Sequence record: NC_028966.1
From: Tsukamurella phage TIN3
Reading direction: 5' to 3' (one strand)
Length of the DNA stretch: 24,000 bases
A model generated the notes under the pieces. It was not told the DNA's origin and searched no databases. It saw only the letters and a program-made list of their open reading frames with translations. Positions 23,043 to 24,000 of the stretch are shown in pieces. The stretch's first letter is position 1, and every line of letters begins with the position of its first letter. The position numbers were made by a program, and so were the translations under genes.

Positions 23043-23928
23043 AAGGATTGCCGCTCTCTAGAAGCGCCGCCGGATTAGGGTGAGGCTTAAGTTCCGCTTG
23101 GGCTACCGTCTGGTCGATGAAAAAACAAGGATCTTTGGGATTCTTGTTGTTCTTGCCACCGGGCAAGCGAACGAGATTCCCTAGGTCCTTGCCCTCCATC
23201 GAATCCTGCTTCGGGAAAATCTCGACAGTGAAGTTTTGCACACCGAATTGCGGGTCAGGTTCGGTATGCTTGAAGAAGTTTTTGCCCCTCACTGCCTCGA
23301 AGTTATGATTCGAGGAGATCAGCTTTCCAGCGTACTCGAGGGTGTATAGCGCCGCCTGACGGGCGACCTTCGCATTTACAGGCTCGGGAAAGAAGGCGTA
23401 TGCGTGAACGCCTTTATTGCCGGAGTACGCGGCAGCAGCTCCAAGCCCGAGGTGGGTGACAATGGAGCTGGTGAGCGCATCGACGATGGTGCGCATCTGA
23501 TACTTATACCAGGCGCGGCCGGGATGCTTTCGGTTGAGCCAATCGGCTCGAGGATGCGAGTTATGGACCTCGATTGCGTCCATGTAGCCCGCGTCATCTG
23601 TGATCTCCTTTAGCTGCTCCTCGGAAGGAAGCTGGACCCAGCTCCCGTGTCCAATCTCGCAGCACTCGGGGAGTGGCTGTCCGCGCTTGTAGAGCTCGCA
23701 GTAGCCGGTGTCGAGGTCGCAATCGAACACGATCAGCTTGGTGAGTCCGCTTGCGTCGCAGGTGTAGTGGCCGAAGGTCTGCTCGCCCGCGACGTGTGCG
23801 CGCAAGTCCTTCATCTTCCAGGGTTCGCGGATCGGCCTGTAGCCGCCATCCGCTGTTTGGATAGCCTTCACGTCTTTGCGCTGAACGAAGCGCTTGGCGA
23901 TGAGGGCTGCGAGGTCGGGTTCGGACAA
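23029..23928 (-). CDS. Archaeo-eukaryotic-type (AEP) DNA primase small subunit-like
   Basis: LIVFDCDLD catalytic-type motif, AYSGNKGVHAYAF, TVEIFPKQ...LGNLVRLPGGKN. TTG start at 23928 with AGAGGTGAT SD; ORF remains open to the window edge. Confidence 0.8.
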   Translation of the reverse strand: MSEPDLAALIAKRFVQRKDVKAIQTADGGYRPIREPWKMKDLRAHVAGEQTFGHYTCDASGLTKLIVFDCDLDTGYCELYKRGQPLPECCEIGHGSWVQLPSEEQLKEITDDAGYMDAIEVHNSHPRADWLNRKHPGRAWYKYQMRTIVDALTSSIVTHLGLGAAAAYSGNKGVHAYAFFPEPVNAKVARQAALYTLEYAGKLISSNHNFEAVRGKNFFKHTEPDPQFGVQNFTVEIFPKQDSMEGKDLGNLVRLPGGKNNKNPKDPCFFIDQTVAQAELKPHPNPAALLESGNPYASF

Positions 23929-24000
23929 GGTATCACCTCTTTCATCGGGGCGCGTGCGGGTGTGCTCGCGACGATTGATATATGATAGCATGTTTACCAT

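Noticed and set aside
1-24000. Transposon, insertion sequence or prophage integration site
   Set aside because: No transposase, integrase, terminal inverted repeats or target-site duplication could be recognised in the window.

Overview
This looks like a GC-rich actinobacteriophage-type segment, based on gene families, dense small ORFs, SD motifs and TTGACA promoters. Every convincing gene is on the minus strand. The right arm (17.76-24 kb, minus strand) is a tightly overlapping replication operon. It encodes an AEP-type primase (partly at the window edge), an endonuclease VII-like HNH protein, a MazG-like protein, a 750-aa zinc-finger/P-loop primase-helicase-like protein, and a run of small unknown genes that end at a hairpin. 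The left arm (0-15.5 kb) holds small accessory genes, many with cysteine/zinc-knuckle motifs or signal/TM segments. Its centrepiece is a MoxR-like AAA+ ATPase (6849-8441) and a 636-aa HExxH + VWA (CobT-like) protein (4935-6845), transcribed from a strong-looking promoter and followed by a 25-aa TM microprotein not on the ORF track. Between the arms is a roughly 2-kb, mostly non-coding region (15.64-17.76 kb) with CTAG-rich sequence, ten exact copies of an iteron-like 10-mer CTAAGTATAT/ATATACTTAG in both orientations, a second TTTATGG repeat block and several inverted repeats. It is a good candidate for a replication origin, partition site or genome-end control region. I also found six small ORFs absent from the supplied track and a recurring promoter architecture, including probable leaderless and duplicated promoter-leader cassettes. 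All product names are family-level inferences from reading the translations; no database search was possible.
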